A stretch of 64,000 nucleotides of DNA. Source: Antedon mediterranea. Lineage: Eukaryota; Animalia; Echinodermata. The translations under genes and the position numbers were made by a program. Position 1 is the first letter of the stretch; each line of letters opens with the position of its first letter. Shown in pieces: positions 27,801 to 39,800 of the stretch. The stretch covers positions 15,314,001 through 15,378,000 of the forward strand of contig NC_092674.1 of assembly GCF_964355755.1 (NCBI RefSeq), written 5' to 3'. The notes below the pieces were generated by a model. It was given only the letters and a program-made list of their open reading frames with translations. It searched no databases and had not been told where the DNA came from.

Positions 27801-30800
27801 GGTTTGTGGCAGGTTTGAGACAGGTGATCTGAGATTGCATGAATGTAGTTTGGTTTGTGGCAGGTTTGAGACAGGTGATCTGAGATTGCATGAATGTAGT
27901 TTGGTTTGTGGGAGGTTTGAGACAGGTGATCTGAGATTGCATGAATGTAGTTTGGTTTGTGGCAGGTTTGAGACAGGTGATCTGAGATTGCATGAATGTA
28001 GTTTGGTTTGTGGCAGGTTTGAGACAGGTGATCTGAGATTGCATGAATGTAGTTTGGTTTGTGGCAGGTTTGAGACAGGTGATCTGAGATTGCATGAATG
28101 TAGTTTGGTTTGTGGGAGGTTTGAGACAGGTGATCTGAGATTGCATGAATGTAGTTTGGTTTGTGGCAGGTTTGAGACAGGTGATCTGAGATTGCATGAA
28201 TGTAGTTTGGTTTGTGGCAGGTTTGAGACAGGTGATCTGAGATTGCATGAATGTAGTTTGGTTTGTGGCAGGTTTGAGACAGGTGATCTGAGATTGCATG
28301 AATGTAGTTTGGTTTGTGGCAGGTTTGAGACAGGTGATCTGAGATTGCATGAATGTAGTTTGGTTTGTGGCAGGTTTGAGACAGGTGATCTGAGATTGCA
28401 TGAATGTAGTTTGGTTTGTGGGAGGTTTGAGACAGGTGATCTGAGATTGCATGAATGTAGTTTGGTTTGTGGCAGGTTTGAGACAGGTGATCTGAGATTG
28501 CATGAATGTAGTTTGGTTTGTGGCAGGTTTGAGACAGGTGATCTGAGATTGCATGAATGTTGTTTGGTTTGTGGCAGGTTTGAGACAGGTGATCTGAGAT
28601 TGCATGAATGTAGTTTGGTTTGTGGCAGGTTTGAGACAGGTGATCTGAGATTGCATGAATGTAGTTTGGTTTGTGGCAGGTTTGAGACAGGTGATCTGAG
28701 ATTGCATGAATGTAGTTTGGTTTGTGGCAGGTTTGAGACAGGTGATCTGAGATTGCATGAATGTAGTTTGGTTTGTGGCAGGTTTGAGACAGGTGATCTG
28801 AGATTGCATGAATGTAGTTTGGTTTGTGGCAGGTTTGAGACAGGTGATCTGAGATTGCATGAATGTAGTTTGGTTTGTGGCAGGTTTGAGACAGGTGATC
28901 TGAGATTGCATGAATGTAGTTTGGTTTGTGGCAGGTTTGAGACAGGTGATCTGAGATTGCATGAATGTAGTTTGGTTTGTGGCAGGTTTGAGACAGGTGA
29001 TCTGAGATTGCATGAATGTAGTTTGGTTTGTGGCAGGTTTGAGACAGGTGATCTGAGATTGCATGAATGTAGTTTGGTTTGTGGCAGGTTTGAGACAGGT
29101 GATCTGAGATTGGATTTTCAATTTGCATTGCATCTGCTATTGTTGTTCTGCTATCCTTTAGTTTAGTAGTGTTTATATATTGCTGTATTTTATATTTTAT
29201 AGGATACTTTCTATTCTATATGTACTATGTTTATTGTTTTTTTCATATTTACTATTTAGCAGCATTGTCTATGATTCTATGTTCATTGTTTTCATATTTA
29301 CTATTTAGCAGCATTGTCTATGATTCTATGTTCATTGTTTTCATATTTACTATTTAGCAGCATTGTCTATGATTCTATGTTCATTGTTTTCATATTTACT
29401 ATTTAGCAGCATTGTCTATGATTCTATGTTCATTGTTTTCATATTTACTATTTAGCAGCATTGTCTATGATTCTATGTTCATTGTTTTCATATTTACTAT
29501 TTAGCAGCATTGTCTATGATTCTATGTTCATTGTTTTCATATTTACTATTTAGCAGCATTGTCTATGATTCTATGTTCATTGTTTTCATATTTACTATTT
29601 AGCAGCATTGTCTATGATTCTATGTTCATTGTTTTCATATTTACTATTTAGCAGCATTGTCTATGATTCTATGTTCATTGTTTTCATATTTACTATTTAG
29701 CAGCATTGTCTATGATTCTATGTTCATTGTTTTCATATTTACTATTTAGCAGCATTGTCTATGATTCTATGTTCATTGTTTTCATATTTACTATTTAGCA
29801 GCATTGTCTATGATTCTATGTTCATTGTTTTCATATTTACTATTTAGCAGCATTGTCTATGATTCTATGTTCATTGTTTTCATATTTACTATTTAGCAGC
29901 ATTGTCTATGATTCTATGTTCATTGTTTTCATATTTACTATTTAGCAGCATTGTCTATGATTCTATGTTCATTGTTTTCATATTTACTATTTAGCAGCAT
30001 TGTCTATGATTCTATGTTCATTGTTTTCATATTTACTATTTAGCAGCATTGTCTATGATTCTATGTTCATTGTTTTCATATTTACTATTTAGCAGCATTG
30101 TCTATGATTCTATGTTCATTGTTTTCATATTTACTATTTAGCAGCATTGTCTATGATTCTATGTTCATTGTTTTCATATTTACTATTTAGCAGCATTGTC
30201 TATGATTCTATGTTCATTGTTTTCATATTTACTATTTAGCAGCATTGTCTATGATTCTATGTTCATTGTTTTCATATTTACTATTTAGCAGCATTGTCTA
30301 TGATTCTATGTTCATTGTTTTCATATTTACTATTTAGCAGCATTGTCTATGATTCTATGTTCATTGTTTTCATATTTACTATTTAGCAGCATTGTCTATG
30401 ATTCTATGTTCATTGTTTTCATATTTACTATTTAGCAGCATTGTCTATGATTCTATGTTTATTGTTTTCATATTTACTATTTAGCCGCATTGTCTATGAT
30501 TCTATGTTCATTGTTTTCATATTACTATTTAGCAGCATTGTCTATGATTCTATGTTCATTGTTTTCATATTTACTATTTAGCAGCATTGTCTATGATTCT
30601 ATGTTTATTGTTTTCATATTTACTATTTAGCAGCATTGTCTATGATTCTATGTTTATTGTTTTCATATTACTATTTAGCAGCATTGTCTATGATTCTATG
30701 TTTATTGTTTTCATATTTACTATTTAGGCGCATTGTCTATGATTCTATGTTTATTGTTTTCATATTTACTATTTAGCCGCATTGTCTATGATTCTGAAGC

Positions 30801-33800
30801 ATGAGATTTTACAAAAAAATTGGTATAAGTAAATACAATAACTAATAAGCATAAATTATATTAAAGATGTATTTGCACTATATTTAACATGAAATGACAA
30901 TAGCATCTTATTCAAGTGGAAATATGAAAATCTGGATGGCATTTGTAGCAATAAAGAAATTGAATTGAATCACTACTAGGTTGATAACCTATTGTGACTT
31001 TTTTAGATTTCCATTAAAATTTACTGAATGTGATTCACCTATGATTAATTTTTTAAGCTTAGCCAATACAACAAGTGTGACAAAGTGATGAGGATACTCT
31101 TGCATAACAAGTTTAAACACAAGAGAAGTGTGTCTTTGTTCCTTTGTGAAATGAAACATACTGTAGACATATTGATGGAACATTGCCAAGACTAGAAACA
31201 TTCACATACAAAGAACCAAGACAGGGAAATACCTGCATTAGTCATGGAACATTACCTACTACAAATAATTCCCGATTTAGACCGAATATGACGAAACCAC
31301 ATTATGTGGAATTTAAGATTAAATTGAGAGAAAATATGTAGTTAGGGAATACCATTATCACATTAATTTAATCATAAATTTAATGTATAATTACATATAC
31401 CTACACAATCTCATCATCTACTATAACACACACATAATTATCTAATCTTAATTAAACTACTACTACAATTTAATAACTACTATCACATTGTAACCAATCA
31501 ATTGTCTATGTCCTGTCTGTGATTATATCTCACCAAAAACAAAAGCAAATTGGTACAGATGAAAAAACTTTGCTAATTTGATTTAATTTTCATTTAGCCT
31601 ACAAAGTTCAAACAGCAATTTGAAACAGTGATTAGTCTCATTGGATAAATACTTATAGTATTTGTTTTGCTCGGTTTACGTTTGAATTTCCTAGAAATTG
31701 ATTAAAGTGTCTGCTTCCAGTGGGAGACCTATGTAATGTTGAAAGCAGTTAGCAACAGCAGTACTTACCACCGTTATAAAGTTTAACAATCTTTGATAAT
31801 TTATAAAATGGAGAGTAAATCCATCAATTCTGTCTACCTACCAAGTGCAAACATTCTCTGTCCATACATTAAATTATCACTTGTAATATAAAATACATGT
31901 ACAAAGTTGTACCAACATACTAACAGTACCTATGCAAGCTACTGATAGAAACATCTAAGGGGTATTAATATGTTGAACCACAATACAGGTTCAAACCACC
32001 ACAGGCTATTAATTAGATTTTGTGGGTTGGTCAATACAACCAGATACACTATACCAACATCGTTAGTAGTATTTCCTAATACAATACAACGTACTTACAT
32101 AGACATTTTGATCTGTATTTGGTAAATGAATTTCTGTGAACAAAGAAGTTGGTTACATGTCTGTTGAACACTAGCCAATTCAATGAACAACAACAATGAT
32201 ACGCATTTTAATATCCTACACAAACTACTTCTCATTCAATCACACTATCCTCCCACAAAGCAGTGAGGTAAAACATTATAAATAGAACCAACAGGACATG
32301 TCTAGCTGACAAGATTATAGATGCAAACAGCACCCACTCATTTCTGATAATACAGTACAAAAACTCATTGTCAAATGTCACTGATAGAAGTATTATGCTA
32401 AACCCACTCAATAAATGTAACCCTCTCTCAACTTTATCAACACACACTTTTTGAGGAGGTGGGCTATTTTGCATTTAATAATTTATATATCAAGTGTTAA
32501 AGGGAGTGCTGTACTGTAGTACTTGGTTTATTTTAGTATTAATGGTTATACAGTAATGTCATCAAGAAACAATTTTCAGTATCACAAGCTTAGAATTTAA
32601 AGACCCATTCCCTACAATTTTGGACGTTTTGTAAAAATATTTATATATTACTTTAAAAACATTAAACAAGGTAATTCCTTGTCTTAATTTAAATGTACGT
32701 TTTATGGTAAATTATGATAAATAAAAAGAGCAGATGAACTACCTAAGTAATTCGCGGTGAAAGTCCTTTTGGGGACGGTCTAGGCTTGGTTTTGTAGGCC
32801 TAGCTGGTAAACAGCAGCTACGTACAAACATCGTACGCTAGCTATAGGTCTAGCATAACGTTGTCTAGTTGCTGCATTAATTGTCTTCTGTTTTTGCCAG
32901 TATACAGTATGTTTGAGGGATAAATTGCGGGAAACGAAATGATTCTTCAATTTGTTTTTGGCCTTCACAATCGATCAAAAGTGGGTGAATTTCAGAATAA
33001 AAACTAAAATGCCTGTTGGGATTTATAGTGGTTATTACAATACTTATTTTTCACTTTTTAAACCATTTAATCTACGGAAATAAGTTATCGCAATAAGACC
33101 ATAGTATTCATTTTACATTAAATGTAGTTTGTGACCTTACATTAGATCTAAAAAACGTAGGGAGTGGGAATCTGCCAGGGCCTTAGCTAGCATGAGGCAG
33201 ATGAAGTGGTCACCCTGTCAAAAATGTTCTGGATATAATAAACCATGTTCTGTGTAATCAGTATAGTAGTAGAAATTGTGTACACACTGTATGAGTTATG
33301 CAGAATGCTAAAATCTGATAATACTAGGTCCACTGGTGGGGTTCAGGAGAGAAGGATGTGTGGAATATAAGCGACAAAGCCCCAAAATATCATACTTTCT
33401 AACATATTCAATATATTTTAAGAAGGATTTGCATTTGTTGTGAAATGAACTGTATAGAGACATCGTTTACACAGGAGTTATACAATTAGATGTAGGGTGT
33501 TATATTTAGACACAAGGTCATTAAACTTGTCTACAAAATCATACGCATACCTCAATGTTTACTTAAAAAGGCAACATTGATCATAAATGATCCATACCAT
33601 CCTGGCAACCATCATTTCCAAATTATGTTTCACAGTCACAAATTTAGATCGATATTTGCAAAAACTAATAGGTCAATTTCTTCTTTCTACCTAACACTAC
33701 AGCAATCTGTGCAATTAGTGACACATGTTTACGTTAAGTTTGTACTTCCCCAATGTTAGGTATTCTCGCAAGGAAAAAAGTATACAAATACAGATTGACG

Positions 33801-36800
33801 TGAGAGTTCAGAGAGTGAACAAAAAAAAAAACATAGTTCAAGAGTTATTTAGATATTTCACTCCGATGATACGGTGGAATTGTTGTATAATTTAGTGCCT
33901 TTTTCATACAGCACTTTCACCTGATTTTTCCATTTTCGTTTTCCAAGTAGGTGATGGTTAAATCATCTATAATATTGGAATTCTCGTTTTTTAGTACAGC
34001 CGAGTAACAGTAATTTTGTCCGTGTAAGATAAAAACTTGATCAGAATGTGAGGTCGCTTACCGTTTTGAGATCTTCAATCGCAATGTGCTCGTTGGAGTT
34101 TAGGTTTAGAGTCAAATGTGAAGTGTTTAGCTAGCAGGTCATAAGCCAACAGTAAACAATTTTCCTTTGAAGCCTGTTCAAAACCGACTAGTCGAACGTT
34201 GTTTCTTCTTGAAAAACGCTCAGATTTCTTGAGCCCATCTTTTAGTTTGCTGATCTCGCTTTGAAGATCTTCAACCTGGCTTCTGTTTTTGTTTGTTTTT
34301 ACCTTCAATTGTTGAAATTTTCTGGGAGTTTAAGTCAATACTATCTTTTAAATCAAGTCTCATTTGTCTTTTTTCACCCAACATCGATTTAGAACGAACA
34401 TACGTTTCAAAGTCAAAGTGTATTCATCTTCCGAGTTCACATTTCTGGTTTGGTCGACAGGATTAACAGCCTTTGCCATCTTTTGTTTCGGCATCTCATA
34501 TTCACTGAAAATTAGCATAACAGCAGTGTAATCCAGGAGCTCCACACGAACACGTCTTACCTCTGTCGCAGCATGAACTTTATTACCGGGATGGTGTCCA
34601 GCAGGAGATAGTGTCCAGCAGGGGATGGTGTCCAGCAGGGGATGGTGTCCAGCAGGGGATGGTGTCCAGCAGGGGATAGTGTCCAGCAGGGGATAGTGTC
34701 CAGCAGGGGATAGTGTCCAGCAGGGGATGGTGTCCAGCAGGGGATGGTGTCCAGCAGAGGATAGTGTCCAGCAGGGGATAGTGTCCAGCAGGGGATAGTG
34801 TCCAGCAGGGGATAGTGTCCAGCAGGGGATGGTGTCCAGCAGGGGATGGTGTCCAGCAGGGGATGGTGTCCAGCAGGGGATGGTGTCCAGCAGGGGATAG
34901 TGTCCAGCAGGGGATAGTGTCCAGCAGGGGATAGTGTCCAGCAGGGGATGGTGTCCAGCAGGGGATGGTGTCCAGCAGGGGATGGTGTCCAGCAGGGGAT
35001 GGTGTCCAGCAGGAGATGGTGTCCAGCAGGGGATAGTGTCCAGCAGGGGATAGTGTCCAGCAGGGGATAGTGTCCAGCAGGGGATAGTGTCCAGCAGGGG
35101 ATAGTGTCCAGCAGGGGATAGTGTCCAGCAGGGGATGGTGTCCAGCAGGGGATGGTGTCCAGCAGGGGATGGTGTCCAGCAGGGGATAGTGTCCAGCAGG
35201 GGATAGTTTCATTTTGTAGTTTAAGTTCTATCTATTTATTTATCTATTTATTTATTATATATATTCTATTATTTGTTAGCCGAAAATGTTTTAATGTACA
35301 TGTTTTTTATATGTTCAGAAATGACAAGAAATTTACTTGACTAGAATAAAAAAATTGTAAAAAGTGTTTTACGTCATGCTCACTTAAGATGTGCAGTAAG
35401 TCAGCAGAGTGAACCTGACATATCTCTATCTTAACAAGTTCTGTCTTGCAACACAATACACCCTCCTCTCCCACCCCACAACCACATTTTCTTGTGTTAA
35501 AGCAGGCTTGTATGGTTGTTCTTGTACAGTAGATCTTTCTTATTTGATATCTCTATCCTTCAATTGCTGTTTAGCTTTTTTGATTTTTCTATAACCTTTG
35601 CAATTGATGTGTTGTCTTGTAGTAACATCACATGTCCAATCTTCTACATTTAATGCATCTTCTACATTTAATGCATCTGCTACATTGAGGTTCCATTGTT
35701 CTTGTTAGTTTGTACATTCTTATGTTACTTACTTATGTTTAATATTTATCATTGCTCAGCATTTTCTTTTGAAATGTAATAATAACAATCCTAACCAGTA
35801 ATATATTTTCCTTCTACAGTACTAGTAAGGTAATACTATTGTTAGATTTTTCCTGTATCTTATATATTAAAATATCACACACAGTAAATGCTTTTGTTCT
35901 TCAGCAGAATTCCAAAAGACAGCAAAGCTGTAATATTGGCACATATCCAAGTATATGGGCTTAAACCCAGTTTGTACTCAACTTGTCGGTCTGGTGTAAA
36001 TATAATCATTTCCTTGTGATCTACTATATCACAGGCATCAAATCCAATATTAAAATGATTAGTGTGTAGAGGGCATTTATTTGTTATTGCTATATTTTTC
36101 TTTTACTTAACCTGTTTGTTTTCCTATTTTTACTGCCTTTTGTTTACAATAAAGCATCAAAACAAGGACTCATGGAGACTCGTAATTCAGTGAATGAATT
36201 TCCCAAAACTGATGTTATACGATGTTCTCACAAACTAAACCTTCTAGCTGAATGATTTAGCTTTAGTAAATCAGGTGATCACAACACAACCCTTCAACAT
36301 GAGCAGCATACTATATAATTAATGGCATGTTATGATTATTAAAAAACAAAACTCCACCTAGTTAGGCTGAGATCACTACTGGTAAAAAGACAACACTGGC
36401 CACATTTGCAAAGTCGAAAACAACACATGTATACAAACCAAACGGGGAGGTGCAGCAACCACTTTGAGACATTAGGCACTACCAAGACGACAGGAAAAAA
36501 GCCACGCCAGAGAGGGCGCAATATTTGTACTAGTTCCCGGTAAAAAGGGAAATGTTCGTGATGGGGTTTGCGATAACATAGGCGGCTAGTTTTCATTGGT
36601 TCAAAGGTAGGAACCATTTAGTGATGGGCTTAGCATCCAGTATAGCTAAAATCCCTGCTAAAATTGTGACAGTTTTACCTCGGACGGCCCAAGGACTTAA
36701 ACTACTAATTCACCCCTTCATTTCCAACGCCTGTGCTACCAAATCCTCGGAAATATATCCCATAAATGCTGCAGCTCCTCATATTTTTCCAAACTTGTGC

Positions 36801-39800
36801 AACCATGCCCACGAAAATGCGGCACCTCCCTGTATGAAAATATTTAAAAGTGGCCCGCACCGGGAATCAAAGTAAATACATGTTTTGATTCCACAGTGAT
36901 TGAGTATGTGTTTAAACAGGTAAATAAAATATGAATCCCTCATACTATTACTAGAATGCATTGTTTACTATTACTAGAATGCATTGTTTACTATTACTAG
37001 AATGCATTGTTTACTATTACTAGAATGCATCGTTTTCTGATGTCGAGAGATCTGATCTGCACACGTTTGTAACTTGTGTAGTGGGCGCACACTTAACTAG
37101 GATTATACCACCGTTATGGGTTAACACGTTCACTGCCACGGCGTATTTATACGTCAAAAATTGCGTGTCGCTACTTGCCAAGACGTAATACTACGTCAAA
37201 ATCGTAGCACTTTTGTATTGTATGTAGAATCGCTGGCAGTGGTGATTGGAACAGGAATTATCGCATGGCAGTTTATGAATGATGTACGTAAACGATAATC
37301 TAAAAATAAATGTCATATGTTTGTTTGTGTTTATTCCCTCATGCATTGAATATGGTTGATACGATGGCGCCCTCACACTCAATATAATCATCTCAAACAT
37401 GTCATAAATTGCGCTAATAGTAAATAAAAATAATAAAGGATGAAATGATTCAGTGTGGTTTACTGTTTTTATCTCTCGATGATAGGTTTGACCGATTTTA
37501 GCGCGGAAAATCCTCGACGTATATTTACGTTCCTGGCAAAGTCAATAAAATTGTTGGACCATTGCCAGTGACGTATTTATACGTCTCAACGGTTTTTCCC
37601 GCCATCGTATTTTGAATGACATCATGATAGTCTGTGACCAGATGTTACACTTTCAAACTGTAATTTAATATGTAAACGGGACTTGGCACTGGGACAGAAA
37701 TTACGGAAAATGCCTTGGCAGTCAATGTGTTAATAACTGTGGGCTTATCTTAAAATACAAAATAACTTACCCAATGGAGCACCAGGTATCTGCGTTTGCT
37801 TCTGATTTGTCGATAGAATGCCGATAAGACACAAACGCATCATGGACTTTACCAACACTTGAGAAACAACGTCCTAGAAGATACCAGGATTGGCCACTGT
37901 TTGAATCAGCTTCAAGAGACTTCTGCAGAAGTTCGATGGCTTGGCTTTCTCTAAGAGCTTTCTCTCCAAGTTCTTCACATGTGTGGTGCATCCATCCTAA
38001 TTGGAGATTAACAGACACACAAATTTAATCTATTATTTTCAATTAAATGTTCGGTTGTAATGACATTAAGAATTCAATCGTGAGGATTATACTAAATAAT
38101 AATTACAAATAATCGCATTGTTTAGAAATAATAATTACAAATAATCGCATTGTTTAGAAACATTATGGTAAATGGCTAAAAAAATGACTGTTCTTTGAAA
38201 CACAGTATTTTGAATAACACCCTGCTTGTCATTATGAAAACTTACCTAATTGTCGTAGGGCATTAGCACGAACAATATCAGAAACTGAATCACTCTTGCT
38301 TATATCTTCATAGGCTTGTTTTGCTGCCTTATATTTACCCTGATTAGAACAAATAAAAACACAATAAATAATTACAATTGAAATTCAGTTTTGGTGTTCT
38401 TGTTTTGGAAGGCTAGGCTATAAAAACCACATTTGTACACAAAGACAATGCTTTGGCCACTCAAAAAGGAAATGCCTTTTCCTTAGATTTAATCTACAAA
38501 CGTGAAGTAAGCAAAATTAAGCCTTAATGTTTACCCTGTACTTGCTTCCTGCATTGCTTTATCAGGTGAAAACTATTCAATCCACATTGAATTACAAGGA
38601 AAACATGTGTTTGTGTATTAATTAGAGAACTCTTTTAAAGACTAAATATATTTTACAGAAACCAAGACAGGAAAGTCCATCTATTCCTGAAAGTATAACT
38701 GTTGGGTTACCATTTCTATTGATACAGTATTGATAGAATTAGCAGAACTTTAAGGGAAACCAGACAAAATAAACTTATATATAAAAAAACTGTAACATAT
38801 TCTACAAGTCTATCACAACCTGTTGAAAAGTGGTAACGATATTTGTACCTTCATTTTGTTGTTGTTGTAAATTTATAGTTATTACTTTTTAAAAACGATA
38901 ATACATATATCTTACCTGAATTTCATGTAGATGTGCAATATGAAATTTTACTAAAAATAAACCAAAATAAAGTTATATTAAACAATTGATGAAGATTACA
39001 TTCAATAACAAAAACATGGAAATGCAAGTTTGATTAAAAACATCCTTTTAGATAAAATTAACAAGTACTTCAGTGCTGAAGTATAATAAATTACTGCTTT
39101 CTTTGTCCTTTTTTAGCACACTATTAGAGGATGTGTTGAAATTTATCATTTAACAAACAATGATCCAAGTTCATTGGGTCATAATATTGGATTATTTTAA
39201 GTGTTTATAGTTCATATTCAGTTTAAGTAAATAGGAATAATCTACCATTATAACAGATGTGAACAAGGATAAATCACTTATCAATTCATCATGACCTTAT
39301 TTTAATTAGTAAATGTATTTTTTATTAAAATTTATACAAAATCACATCAAAATGAAATTGAGTGTGTTGGACATTGGGCTACTGATCGTGAGTTTGAATC
39401 AAATTCTCGTCGCATTGCTTGTATCCTTGAATAAGACATTTCACTTGCGTTTGTCTCTCTCAACCCATGTGTACAAATGGGTACCTGTTACGGTCAAGAC
39501 ACAACTTTGCGCCAATCCAAAAATGACCAAGGAATAATACAGTATGTACAGCATTATGTACTTTATAAATCTAGAATATTATTATATAATTATATATCAT
39601 TAGTCAAGCTGTTAATATACAAGTTAGTGTCAATCGATTTTCACTTACTTTCAGCTTTTTTAAGGGTACAAGGACTAGAGTCCAAAAGAGCGAGTTGAAA
39701 GTGTTTTAAACTGGCTTCATAATCTGAATTCACTTTAAAGATGAGACCAAGTCTTAGCTGTACCTCATTAGCACGGCTAAACCCACGGTCAATGTACAGA

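Noticed and set aside
27667-29166. Three 470-490 aa ORFs
   Set aside because: Artefact of a stop-free 51-bp (17-codon) satellite, open on both strands, intronic, with no unique domain
27737-30795. CRISPR-like array
   Set aside because: No unique spacers, no cas genes, eukaryotic intron. The 190-bp array at 54.6-57.1 kb also has related rather than unique variable parts.
34583-35212. 209-aa repetitive ORF
   Set aside because: Translation of a 17-bp minisatellite that cycles through all frames
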